Shown: in pieces, positions 25,878-34,289 of the stretch
How positions within the stretch are numbered: position 1 is the first letter of the stretch
Layout of the letters: every line of letters begins with the position of its first letter
Origin: a virus
Taxonomy: Duplodnaviria > Caudoviricetes
Length of the DNA stretch: 58,847 nucleotides
Reading direction: 5' to 3' (one strand)
Virus record (IMG/VR): IMGVR_UViG_3300009124_000013
Coordinates: 1-58,847 of that record
The notes under the pieces: model-generated
What the model was told of the DNA's origin: nothing
Databases searched by the model: none
What the model saw: only the letters and a program-made list of their open reading frames with translations
Position numbers and translations under genes: made by a program

Positions 25878-26054
25878 ATGATTTCTGATTGCGTTTCTAA
25901 AATTGTCATTAGTATCCCTGCTAGGACGTTTCATATTTTCTCCGACCTTGGTGATGAGAAATCAGTGACGTGCCAAACTCCTGAACAATTTCAAAAACTT
26001 TTCGATATGTGTATGTCCAATTCTGAGCGGGCACCTATTGAGTTTGTTTATTAA
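25878..26054 (+). CDS. hypothetical protein
   Basis: First ATG after the promoter. Confidence 0.65.
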   Translation: MISDCVSKIVISIPARTFHIFSDLGDEKSVTCQTPEQFQKLFDMCMSNSERAPIEFVY

Positions 26055-26081
26055 CCTTTAGTCGGCAATGCCGACTTTTCT

Positions 26082-26155
26082 GGGCGTGTAATCCAATAGG
26101 CAGAGATAGTTGACTTAAAATCAATCCAGTGTGGGTTCGACTCCCACCACGCCTA
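26082..26155 (+). tRNA. tRNA-Leu(TAA), short variable arm
   Basis: GGGCGTG/CACGCCT acceptor; GTTGA-CTTAAAA-TCAAT; GGTTCGACTCC. Confidence 0.9.
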
Positions 26156-26165
26156 TGGGGTTTCT

Positions 26166-26429
26166 ATGGAGTATCAAGTAAGATCAGAATATAGGTTTGT
26201 AGACACTGTTGGTATCGTTCTCGTCTATACCATAAATGGTATGGAGTTTGTATACGATGACATCAGTGATGAAGAACTTGCAGATCCTATGATTCAAGCA
26301 GTTGCTTCCCACGAACCTATACTCTCTGTAGAAACCTTAATCCGAAATAGTGAGTACCTCATTATGGAGGAAATGCATCCACTTCTGTTTCCAGTGGAAC
26401 TTGATGAGTATTCTGAATTGCCACCATGA
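26166..26429 (+). CDS. acidic hypothetical protein
   Basis: ORF track. Confidence 0.7.
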   Translation: MEYQVRSEYRFVDTVGIVLVYTINGMEFVYDDISDEELADPMIQAVASHEPILSVETLIRNSEYLIMEEMHPLLFPVELDEYSELPP

Positions 26430-27109
26430 TCACTAAAATCTTCTCACCGTTCTTTTATCAAACTAAATTAGAAGGACATTCTGAAAACCAGAAAAATATT
26501 ATACCAATTATTTTTGATGAATATTTTAAACAGAATGGTTCTAATACTGAAGGTGAGTGGGGGTGTGATTGCTTCACTACGTTTTTCGATAGGGATTTTG
26601 TAACATACGAACCATTAAAAACAGAAATTCAATCTGTTGTTCGTAAAATGTTTGAAGAACTAGAAATTAAACCATTTGCATACACAGTAGAGCAAATGTG
26701 GTTTAATGCCTATGGTGCAAAACAATCTCAAGAAGTTCATTGTCATACTGGACCATCTTTCTCTGGAATTTATTATTTACAATTTGATCCAGAAGTTCAT
26801 AAACCAACTACTTTTATGAATCCCATACGTTGGGGAGAATCAAAACGTCACAATAGGTTTTGGGATCCCAATTTGTGGAATTCGCAAAGTTTATATCATC
26901 ATTACCATGAACCTCAAGTTGAAGAGGGTGATGTTATTCTATTTCCCTCTGAAATGGATCATTATGTTCAACCATTCTTTAACTCAAATAAATTAAGAAT
27001 TACATGTTCTTTTAATGTATTTGTCTACACTCAATCTGAAGTTGACCTGTTGAGTTCTCAAAGAAAACCTATCCCTAGCGTAAAACCAATTTCTAAAGGA
27101 TTTGGATGA
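26426..27109 (+). CDS. putative 2OG-Fe(II) oxygenase
   Basis: WFN..HCH..SGIYY..EGDVILFPS..H.V..RIT.SFN. Confidence 0.85.
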   Translation: MITKIFSPFFYQTKLEGHSENQKNIIPIIFDEYFKQNGSNTEGEWGCDCFTTFFDRDFVTYEPLKTEIQSVVRKMFEELEIKPFAYTVEQMWFNAYGAKQSQEVHCHTGPSFSGIYYLQFDPEVHKPTTFMNPIRWGESKRHNRFWDPNLWNSQSLYHHYHEPQVEEGDVILFPSEMDHYVQPFFNSNKLRITCSFNVFVYTQSEVDLLSSQRKPIPSVKPISKGFG

Positions 27110-27303
27110 GTAAATACACATTTGGGGGGCTTGACAAAACCTCAATCAATGTGCTAAGATTGCTGAGTGAACTTGAAGGGTCATACCAACTCCTCAAGTA
27201 CATGGGATTCCAAGAAGACATGGATGCCATTTCTGAAATGAAACAGAGGTATTACAAACTCTATTATAAACTGAATAAAGAAGAGAAGAGCAAGGGGTTG
27301 TAG
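27106..27303 (+). CDS. hypothetical protein
   Basis: ORF track; last codons overlap the tRNA-Asp 5' end. Confidence 0.7.
   Translation: MSKYTFGGLDKTSINVLRLLSELEGSYQLLKYMGFQEDMDAISEMKQRYYKLYYKLNKEEKSKGL
27131..27160 (+). promoter_or_regulatory. internal sigma70 promoter for tRNA-talC unit
   Basis: TTGACA-N18-TAAGAT with TGn. Confidence 0.6.
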
Positions 27304-27367
27304 CTCAGTCGGTTAGAGCGCCTGCCTGTCACGCAGGAAGTCGAGGGTTCAAGTCCCTTCAGTCCCG
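27294..27367 (+). tRNA. tRNA-Asp(GTC)
   Basis: CCTGC-CTGTCAC-GCAGG anticodon arm; canonical D and T arms. Confidence 0.93.
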
Positions 27368-27370
27368 TAT

Positions 27371-27447
27371 GCCACTATAGCTCAGCTGGATAGAGCAACG
27401 GTTTTGTAAACCGTAGGTCGTCGGTTCAAGTCCGACTTGTGGCTCCA
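27371..27447 (+). tRNA. tRNA-Thr(TGT), CCA encoded
   Basis: ACGGT-TTTGTAA-ACCGT anticodon arm. Confidence 0.93.
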
Positions 27448-27520
27448 GGGGAATTAGCTCAGTTGGTAGAGCGCCTGCTTTGCAAGCAGGATGTCAGCGG
27501 TTCGAGTCCGCTATTCTCCA
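27448..27520 (+). tRNA. tRNA-Ala(TGC)
   Basis: CCTGC-TTTGCAA-GCAGG; G3:U70 identity pair present. Confidence 0.95.
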
Positions 27521-27560
27521 TTCGCTATTTCCGAATAGCGAATACATTATCAAATGCATT

Positions 27561-28220
27561 ATGAAACTTTTTCTAGACACTGCAGATACTGCCGTAGTCG
27601 CCAGGAAGTATTTTACTGGTCTGATTGATGGCGTGACGACAAATCCTACTCTTATTCGTAAGAGTGGTCGTGACCCCGAAGTGGTCTATTTCGAATTAAA
27701 AGAAATAGGTATTCGGGACATTAGTATGGAAGTTGATGGCAACTGGACAGAGATGCTTACTGAGGGTCGCCGTCTTCATGAGAAATTTGGAGACGTTGCT
27801 ACTATCAAAGTGCCATGTAACTACGATGGTTTAGTTGCATGTAAGTATCTTTCCGAATCTAACATTCGCGTTAATGTAACTCTTATCTTTAACGCAGCAC
27901 AAGCAATCCTTGCTGCTAAATCAGGTGCCACTTATGTGTCTCCTTTTGTTGGACGTTGTGATGACAACTCTATTGCAGGTGTTGAAGTAGTACGTTCTAT
28001 TGCTGAACTGTACCGAATCCAGGGTGTAAAAACTCAGGTTCTTGCTGCTTCTATTCGTGATGTATATAAGGTCACCCGTTCATTCTATAACGGTGCTGAC
28101 ATTGTGACTATGCCACCCGAAGTATTCGACAAGATGTATAAACATGTTTTGACGGATGCTGGACTGGCAATCTTTGAAAAAGATTTCACTCTGATTAAAT
28201 CAGAAGCAACTGACATTTGA
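27561..28220 (+). CDS. talC: transaldolase (TalC/FSA family)
   Basis: FLDTAD, GVTTNPTL, TIKVP, NVTLIF, YVSPFVGR, LAASIR. Confidence 0.96.
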   Translation: MKLFLDTADTAVVARKYFTGLIDGVTTNPTLIRKSGRDPEVVYFELKEIGIRDISMEVDGNWTEMLTEGRRLHEKFGDVATIKVPCNYDGLVACKYLSESNIRVNVTLIFNAAQAILAAKSGATYVSPFVGRCDDNSIAGVEVVRSIAELYRIQGVKTQVLAASIRDVYKVTRSFYNGADIVTMPPEVFDKMYKHVLTDAGLAIFEKDFTLIKSEATDI

Positions 28221-28229
28221 TAATGTCAT

Positions 28230-28301
28230 TCCTCTGTAGCTCAGCGGTAGAGCTATCGACTGTTAATCGATTGGTCCCTGGTTCGAATCCAGGCGGAGGA
28301 G
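28230..28301 (+). tRNA. tRNA-Asn(GTT)
   Basis: TCCTCTG/CGGAGGA acceptor; ATCGA-CTGTTAA-TCGAT. Confidence 0.93.
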
Positions 28302-28317
28302 TTTTCACTTTACTATT

Positions 28318-28488
28318 ATGGAAATCTACACAGTAGAACATTGGCAGCAGAACTGGGATTCTCTTATCTCTCGTGTTGAAAATGGAGAAACCATTGGTGT
28401 AACTAATGGTACAAATACTGCAGTAATGACACCATACAAAGAGTACCTAGATACAATAGATACAATTGAAAAATGTACGAAGAACTAA
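28318..28488 (+). CDS. Phd/YefM-like small protein, 56 aa
   Basis: MEIYTVEHWQQNWDSLISRVENGETIGVTNGTNTAVMTPY... Not in the ORF track. Confidence 0.65.
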   Translation: MEIYTVEHWQQNWDSLISRVENGETIGVTNGTNTAVMTPYKEYLDTIDTIEKCTKN

Positions 28489-28643
28489 ACTCATTTGAAG
28501 AAGCACTGAAGCACTTTGGCACTCGTGTAGAAATTATTTGTGCTATGGAATTGGCAAAAAGAATCGATCCTGAAACTGCTTATCAGAATATCAAGATGGA
28601 ACTGAAAGAACTGAAGAAAGTTAGGAAAGAGAATAAGCAGTAG
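28473..28643 (+). CDS. small helical protein of a cyanobacterial-type family, 56 aa
   Basis: MYEELNSFEEALKHFGTRVEIICAMELAKRIDPETAYQNIKMELKELKK... Not in the ORF track. Confidence 0.7.
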   Translation: MYEELNSFEEALKHFGTRVEIICAMELAKRIDPETAYQNIKMELKELKKVRKENKQ

Positions 28644-28644
28644 T

Positions 28645-28652
28645 TATAAATA
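28645..28652 (+). promoter_or_regulatory. T4-type late promoter
   Basis: TATAAATA ending 38 nt before the first giant structural gene. Confidence 0.85.
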
Positions 28653-28690
28653 ACTGAAGATATAGCACCGTGTCATATTAGGGCAATTTA

Positions 28691-31600
28691 ATGGCATTAA
28701 CACGACTTCAGAACATTATCTCTTCAGTTGAAGGAAGAATTTTATACGTCAATCCAGATGATTTTGACGCAACAGATGCGATTGATAATAAAGGCAACTC
28801 GCCAATTAGACCCTTCAAGACAATTGCAAGAGCGGTTCTTGAAGTAGCAAAGTATTCTTATGTCAGTGCAGGTAATGCTGATGACAAGTTTGACCAATTT
28901 ACTATCCTGTTGTATCCAGGTGATCACATTGTAGATAATAGACCTGGATCTTATGCATATGGTATTGATGGTAATAGTAACTATGTTGGAGAATTAGCAT
29001 CTGTTCCATTCTCAGATGGTCCAGTTGCTGGTCAGTATGGTTGGTCAGATTCAACCAAGCAATATGCAGATCTCTATAAGATCACTAACTCCACTAGAGG
29101 TGGACTGATCATTCCTAGAGGTGTTTCTATCATTGGTCTTGATCTTAGAAAGACAAAAGTAAGACCTAAGTATATTCCTGCTGGTGGTTCAAATAGTGTC
29201 GCAGGAACAACCCAGATTAACTACACTGCATCAAATACCAATCCTAATGAGTTGGTTATTACTGGTGTAAGTAATGGTCCAGATGGAGTTGATAATATTA
29301 ACGATGTTATCATCGGATCTACTTTTAAAGCAGGAGTTACTGGATTCTCTATTCTGAGTCAGTTTACTCCAACTGCTGCAGCATATGATCCAATCACTGG
29401 TGAATTGGAACTGACCATTGGAACTCATACATTAACTACGGATGATTCAATTCGTATTGCCCTTAACTCACTTACGTTTACTTGTGCATCTGACGGTAAC
29501 AATGCACAGGTTTCCTATCCAAGATCATCTGACCCAGCATATGATGCAAACCTGGGCATTCTTGCGACGACATCAACGACAATTACAGTAAACGTTGGTC
29601 CATCTAGTGAAACATCTGCTCACACATTCATTACTGCAACTACTAACGCAGTAACGGCTATTAATATTTCCCTTAAGATTGAGCAGGGAACGACGATTAC
29701 TGATATCTCATGTACCACTGGTTCCAGCACAATTACTGTTGGTATTTCTAAACCACACAACTATAGTGCTACTGATGTAACTAATAATACTAACGTAGGA
29801 ACTGGAGAACTATTAACACTTCCATATGAAGATGATAATAGCAGAACTGCACTGTTCAGAATTACTGGTGGATGTTACTTCTGGCAATTCAGTATCTTTG
29901 ATGGAGATCCAAATGGTGTTTATAGAAGCACTACAGTAAAACCTGCATCTAGTTGGTCAATCAACAGTGTTGTAGAATATTCTCACACTAAGTTGACTGT
30001 ATTTGAATTTGCATCTCTTCATGACTTGCATACATTCTATAGAAAAGTTTCTGATGTTGTTTCTCTGATTTCTTGTGAGAAGATTGAACCTAAGATTCAG
30101 GAAAACAGAATTGTTGGTGCTCTTGCTGATGCAGTTAGAATTCAAAAGGTAACTAGAAATAATAATTTAGTAACGGTAACTCTTACTGAAGAGTTAGACC
30201 TTACTGCAGGAAACTTTGTAAGCATTAGTGGTAGTGGTAATGATTTCATTACTGAGAGTTCTGACTCGACAGCATATTATATTGGTCAAAGAAAAGTAAG
30301 CGGTGTTATTAGTAGAAGTGAATTTACATTTGTCCTGACTTCTTCTGCTGTTACTGCTCTTGATGGACTTGAAACTGATGCTGATGCAGCAACTGGTGGA
30401 ACTCAGATTACCTATGAAGTAGGTGGTAACCCTGGAATTGATACCAGTGCTCAGGTAGAAGTTGAGATTGATACTGTAGAATCTGCATCCCCTTACATCT
30501 TTAACGTATCACTGAGATCTACCTATGGTATCTGTGGTATGCACGCAGATGGTTCTAGAGCAACTGGATTTAAATCCATGGTTGTTGCACAGTATACTGG
30601 AATCTCTCTGCAGAAAGATGATACTGCATTCCTGAAATATAATGATGGATCTGGAATCTACCAGACAGAATCAGGATCTCTGCATACTGATATCAATGCA
30701 ATCTATAACCCACTTCAAAGAAGTTATCACGTTAAAGCATCCAACCGTGCAGTAATTCAGGCAGTTTCGGTCTTTGCTGTTGGTTATGCTGATCACTTCA
30801 TTGCTGAAGATGGCGGTGACATGTCAATCACCAACTCGAACTCCAACTTCGGTATGAATGCCATGAGATCAATTGGTTATAGTGATGTTGCATTCAATAA
30901 AGATTCTCTGGGTAAAATTACTCATATTATTCCACCAAGAAATGTTGAATCAAACCCATCTAACACATACTATGAAGCACTTGATGCAGTTAAAACTGCA
31001 ACTTCAAACTTAAGAGTTTACTTATCAGAAAGAGATGACTTACTCTCGATTGGATCTGGTGGTTCTAACTTCACCTCAGGTAACGTTTCGGTAACTGATC
31101 CAAACGGATCATCTAAAACTGTTACATTGACTGCCACTAATGGAGCAGTAACTGCTGCAACATTTGTTTCCAATGATTATGGTGCATTCCAACCTGGAGA
31201 TGTGATTACGATCCCAACTAATGCTACCAATGGAATTGGTTTGGACTGTGAACTCAGAATCGGTGCTGGATTGGATTCTAAAGTTGGTAAGTTCTTAGTT
31301 GGTGAGAAATCTCTTGCTAAGGATGGAACTTCGGAACCAGATAAGATTTTTGTTCCACTATATGCCTCTTCTTCTGCAACAAATACTACAGAGCAATCTG
31401 CAACTATTACCAAAAATGGCACAACTGGTAATGTATTTGAGTTTGACTTTGGTTCTACTGGTGGATGGTATATTCGCGTAAGTTCTTCTAATAATGGAAT
31501 TTACAACGCAATTGATGGTAACTCAAAATATGGTGCTACTACAATCAGCACTACACCAACCTCATACATTAAGAGAATTAATGATGAAAGGGTAGCTGAT

Positions 31601-34258
31601 GATAAGATTTATAGATTGCGTTATGTAACTAGATCCAAGGATGGCAACTTACCATCTTATCCACAAACTGGTTACGTACTTCAACCCAAGAAGGGAGCAG
31701 AAATTGCTGGTGTTGGTGATAGATTTACTGATGGTGCTAACTTACTGCTTCTTAACAAGTACTTCCTTGCTTATGAAACAGTATCAAGATACTTAAATGC
31801 TAACCCATCATTTGTAGTTCCTAATGGAAACCAAAGATGTGTTGATGACCTTATCAATATTATTGAGGCAGTTGCTTACAACCTGAGATATGGTGGAAAT
31901 GATGAAGTATATGATGCAGCATCCAAGTATATTTCTGGTGGATCTGCATATGCTGCATTGACGGGTGAAAGAGATGAAACTGTTGTAATGCTCAACACAT
32001 ACTTGAAACCAATGATGCAGTATGTAATTAACAATGGTGTTACTGGATCACCTGTTAATACTCCTGCACTTGGAACTATCAGAAATGGAAATTATAGCTG
32101 GACTGATTTCTCATCTCAAATTAATCCTACATTGATTACAGGTGAAGAGCAGTTAATTAATGTATTTGGTGGATGTACAAACGTAAGAGATGCTGCCTTC
32201 ACTTTAATTGATATTGTAGTTCAAGCAGTTGGTAGTGATGCTACCCCAGGTAATCTTACTGGTGTTACTGAAACTGCTCCAACTGCAACTTATACTAGAA
32301 TCAATGGTCAAGAGTATAATGATGTATACTATGTTTATGAAGTTGAAGAGGTAACTAAGTATCAACCAGCAACAGGAACTGCGAGTGAAGTACCTGGTGT
32401 CTATTATCTGACAGTCCTTAAGGGATCTATTCCTGTAAGTGATACTGTACTTCCTGGAAATACATTCAAGTTTAGTCAGAATACTGATCATCTGTATCCA
32501 AACATTGATCTTGACAATATTGTTAATGATCCTTTGATTGCTCAGAGTATTGCAAATCCACTTGTTATTGGTGATGTTGATACTACAACTGGACTTGATA
32601 CTGCAGTTACTACTGAAGACACTTCATTCAGTATTACTAAAGAATCACTTTCATACTACTTAGATGAGTATCTTAACAATGAACTGGAGTGGTTATGGAA
32701 TGGTGTTACTTCTACATCCAGAGCATATCATAGAGTTAATCAAAACCTCTCTAATGGAACTCATAATCTGTTAGAGGTTGATTTAGAATCTGGTATTGGT
32801 GCTGGTGAAATTAGAAAGATTGCAATCAATCCAACCAGAGCTGCTGATGGAATTGAGATCGAACTTCGTAGACCATCTACAATTAGATCTGGTAACCATA
32901 CATTTGAATATGTTGGTTTTGGTCCAGGTAACTACTCAACTGGTTTCCCAATCCGCCAGAGCAAGATCCTCAGCAATGATGAAATTAAGTACTCTCAGTC
33001 ACTGAAAGAGCAGGGTGGTATTGCATTCTACTCTGGTCTGAACTCAAATGGAGATCTCTTCATTGGTAACACAGTCATTAATGCTGTTACTGGTAAGACA
33101 ACCAGCAATGAGATTACTGAACTTAATACCCTCACACTGAAGGAAAACCTCAACGTCCTCGGTGGTTCTGGTAATACTATTGCTTCTTCTTTCCAGGGAC
33201 CAGTTAACTTCCTCAACAGAACAACATTTGATACTGAAGACAACTTCTTTACTGGAATCAAGTTAAGAAATCCAGATGGTATTGTATCTAAGTTTATTAA
33301 TAGAGATGCAACTACTGGAGTAACTGATCCTGGTGTTGGTGACTTTATCTTTGACACAGTTCCATCTAATCAAGGTGGAATGCTTGGATGGTCTTATACT
33401 GAAAATAATGAGTGGAGAAAAACTGGAATCATTGGTACTGAGAAGATTCATGCATATAGAAGTGGAACAGGTGGCACTGCAAAGTATGTTCTGAATGTTG
33501 GTCAAGATGAAGTTGCACTGTCATCAAATAGTGTCAACTATAACTTTGACCTTGATGTTGTAAATGATCAAAGAATTGGTAATAACCTTGACATCGGTGT
33601 TGCTGCAAATCCAACAACACTTTCTTCTACTACATCATCCAAATCTACTAGATTGTATATTGAGCATACTTGGAACAATTCTGCGATTGAATATAAACCA
33701 CTTGAAATTAAGATTGCGGGATCTCCAACCAATGCAGCAGCATCTAGAATCATCAATGCTGAAGTAGGATCCACTAGTGTATTCAATGTTGATAAAGATG
33801 GTAATGTAACTATTCCTGATACTTCAACTTACGGTTTAAGCAGAAAGGCGTTTGCACTTACTGTTACTATTGCTAATACACCTAGCATTGCAAATAGTCA
33901 AGATAGTATGACACTTCTTGATGGACAGGGAGGTAATCCAAATCCATTGACGGTCAATGTTATTCCTTATACTGGTGGAGTTGCTGGTACATCTGTAGCA
34001 AGAACTTTCGGTGCAAGAATGACAACTGCATTGGGTTCGTTTAGATATTATGGTGCAGATAGTTCAGTATCCGCTAGAACAGCAGATCATGGTGGTATTG
34101 GTAACCTTGCTGATTTCAATACAAGAAGCATGGTTGTATATGTTAATGGTATTATTCAATCTCCATACTTTAACTATCACTTTGATGGAACATATCTGTA
34201 CTTCGATAATACACTCGCTAGTGGGTCGAGAATTGATATTCGTTGTCTTGCCAATTAA
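28691..34258 (+). CDS. giant tail fibre / virion structural protein, 1855 aa
   Basis: Cyanophage fibre N-terminus (ILYVNP..DATD..N.GNS..RPFKTI), SASPYIFN, SMVVAQYTG, RRPS.IR..HTFEYVGFGPGNYST. Confidence 0.85.
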   Translation: MALTRLQNIISSVEGRILYVNPDDFDATDAIDNKGNSPIRPFKTIARAVLEVAKYSYVSAGNADDKFDQFTILLYPGDHIVDNRPGSYAYGIDGNSNYVGELASVPFSDGPVAGQYGWSDSTKQYADLYKITNSTRGGLIIPRGVSIIGLDLRKTKVRPKYIPAGGSNSVAGTTQINYTASNTNPNELVITGVSNGPDGVDNINDVIIGSTFKAGVTGFSILSQFTPTAAAYDPITGELELTIGTHTLTTDDSIRIALNSLTFTCASDGNNAQVSYPRSSDPAYDANLGILATTSTTITVNVGPSSETSAHTFITATTNAVTAINISLKIEQGTTITDISCTTGSSTITVGISKPHNYSATDVTNNTNVGTGELLTLPYEDDNSRTALFRITGGCYFWQFSIFDGDPNGVYRSTTVKPASSWSINSVVEYSHTKLTVFEFASLHDLHTFYRKVSDVVSLISCEKIEPKIQENRIVGALADAVRIQKVTRNNNLVTVTLTEELDLTAGNFVSISGSGNDFITESSDSTAYYIGQRKVSGVISRSEFTFVLTSSAVTALDGLETDADAATGGTQITYEVGGNPGIDTSAQVEVEIDTVESASPYIFNVSLRSTYGICGMHADGSRATGFKSMVVAQYTGISLQKDDTAFLKYNDGSGIYQTESGSLHTDINAIYNPLQRSYHVKASNRAVIQAVSVFAVGYADHFIAEDGGDMSITNSNSNFGMNAMRSIGYSDVAFNKDSLGKITHIIPPRNVESNPSNTYYEALDAVKTATSNLRVYLSERDDLLSIGSGGSNFTSGNVSVTDPNGSSKTVTLTATNGAVTAATFVSNDYGAFQPGDVITIPTNATNGIGLDCELRIGAGLDSKVGKFLVGEKSLAKDGTSEPDKIFVPLYASSSATNTTEQSATITKNGTTGNVFEFDFGSTGGWYIRVSSSNNGIYNAIDGNSKYGATTISTTPTSYIKRINDERVADDKIYRLRYVTRSKDGNLPSYPQTGYVLQPKKGAEIAGVGDRFTDGANLLLLNKYFLAYETVSRYLNANPSFVVPNGNQRCVDDLINIIEAVAYNLRYGGNDEVYDAASKYISGGSAYAALTGERDETVVMLNTYLKPMMQYVINNGVTGSPVNTPALGTIRNGNYSWTDFSSQINPTLITGEEQLINVFGGCTNVRDAAFTLIDIVVQAVGSDATPGNLTGVTETAPTATYTRINGQEYNDVYYVYEVEEVTKYQPATGTASEVPGVYYLTVLKGSIPVSDTVLPGNTFKFSQNTDHLYPNIDLDNIVNDPLIAQSIANPLVIGDVDTTTGLDTAVTTEDTSFSITKESLSYYLDEYLNNELEWLWNGVTSTSRAYHRVNQNLSNGTHNLLEVDLESGIGAGEIRKIAINPTRAADGIEIELRRPSTIRSGNHTFEYVGFGPGNYSTGFPIRQSKILSNDEIKYSQSLKEQGGIAFYSGLNSNGDLFIGNTVINAVTGKTTSNEITELNTLTLKENLNVLGGSGNTIASSFQGPVNFLNRTTFDTEDNFFTGIKLRNPDGIVSKFINRDATTGVTDPGVGDFIFDTVPSNQGGMLGWSYTENNEWRKTGIIGTEKIHAYRSGTGGTAKYVLNVGQDEVALSSNSVNYNFDLDVVNDQRIGNNLDIGVAANPTTLSSTTSSKSTRLYIEHTWNNSAIEYKPLEIKIAGSPTNAAASRIINAEVGSTSVFNVDKDGNVTIPDTSTYGLSRKAFALTVTIANTPSIANSQDSMTLLDGQGGNPNPLTVNVIPYTGGVAGTSVARTFGARMTTALGSFRYYGADSSVSARTADHGGIGNLADFNTRSMVVYVNGIIQSPYFNYHFDGTYLYFDNTLASGSRIDIRCLAN

Positions 34259-34289
34259 AATAAATAAAACATAGGAAAAAAATACGCAA

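Noticed and set aside
27480-27560. N-terminal extension of TalC in the ORF track
   Set aside because: Overlaps tRNA-Ala; the family start MKLFLDTA is at 27561.
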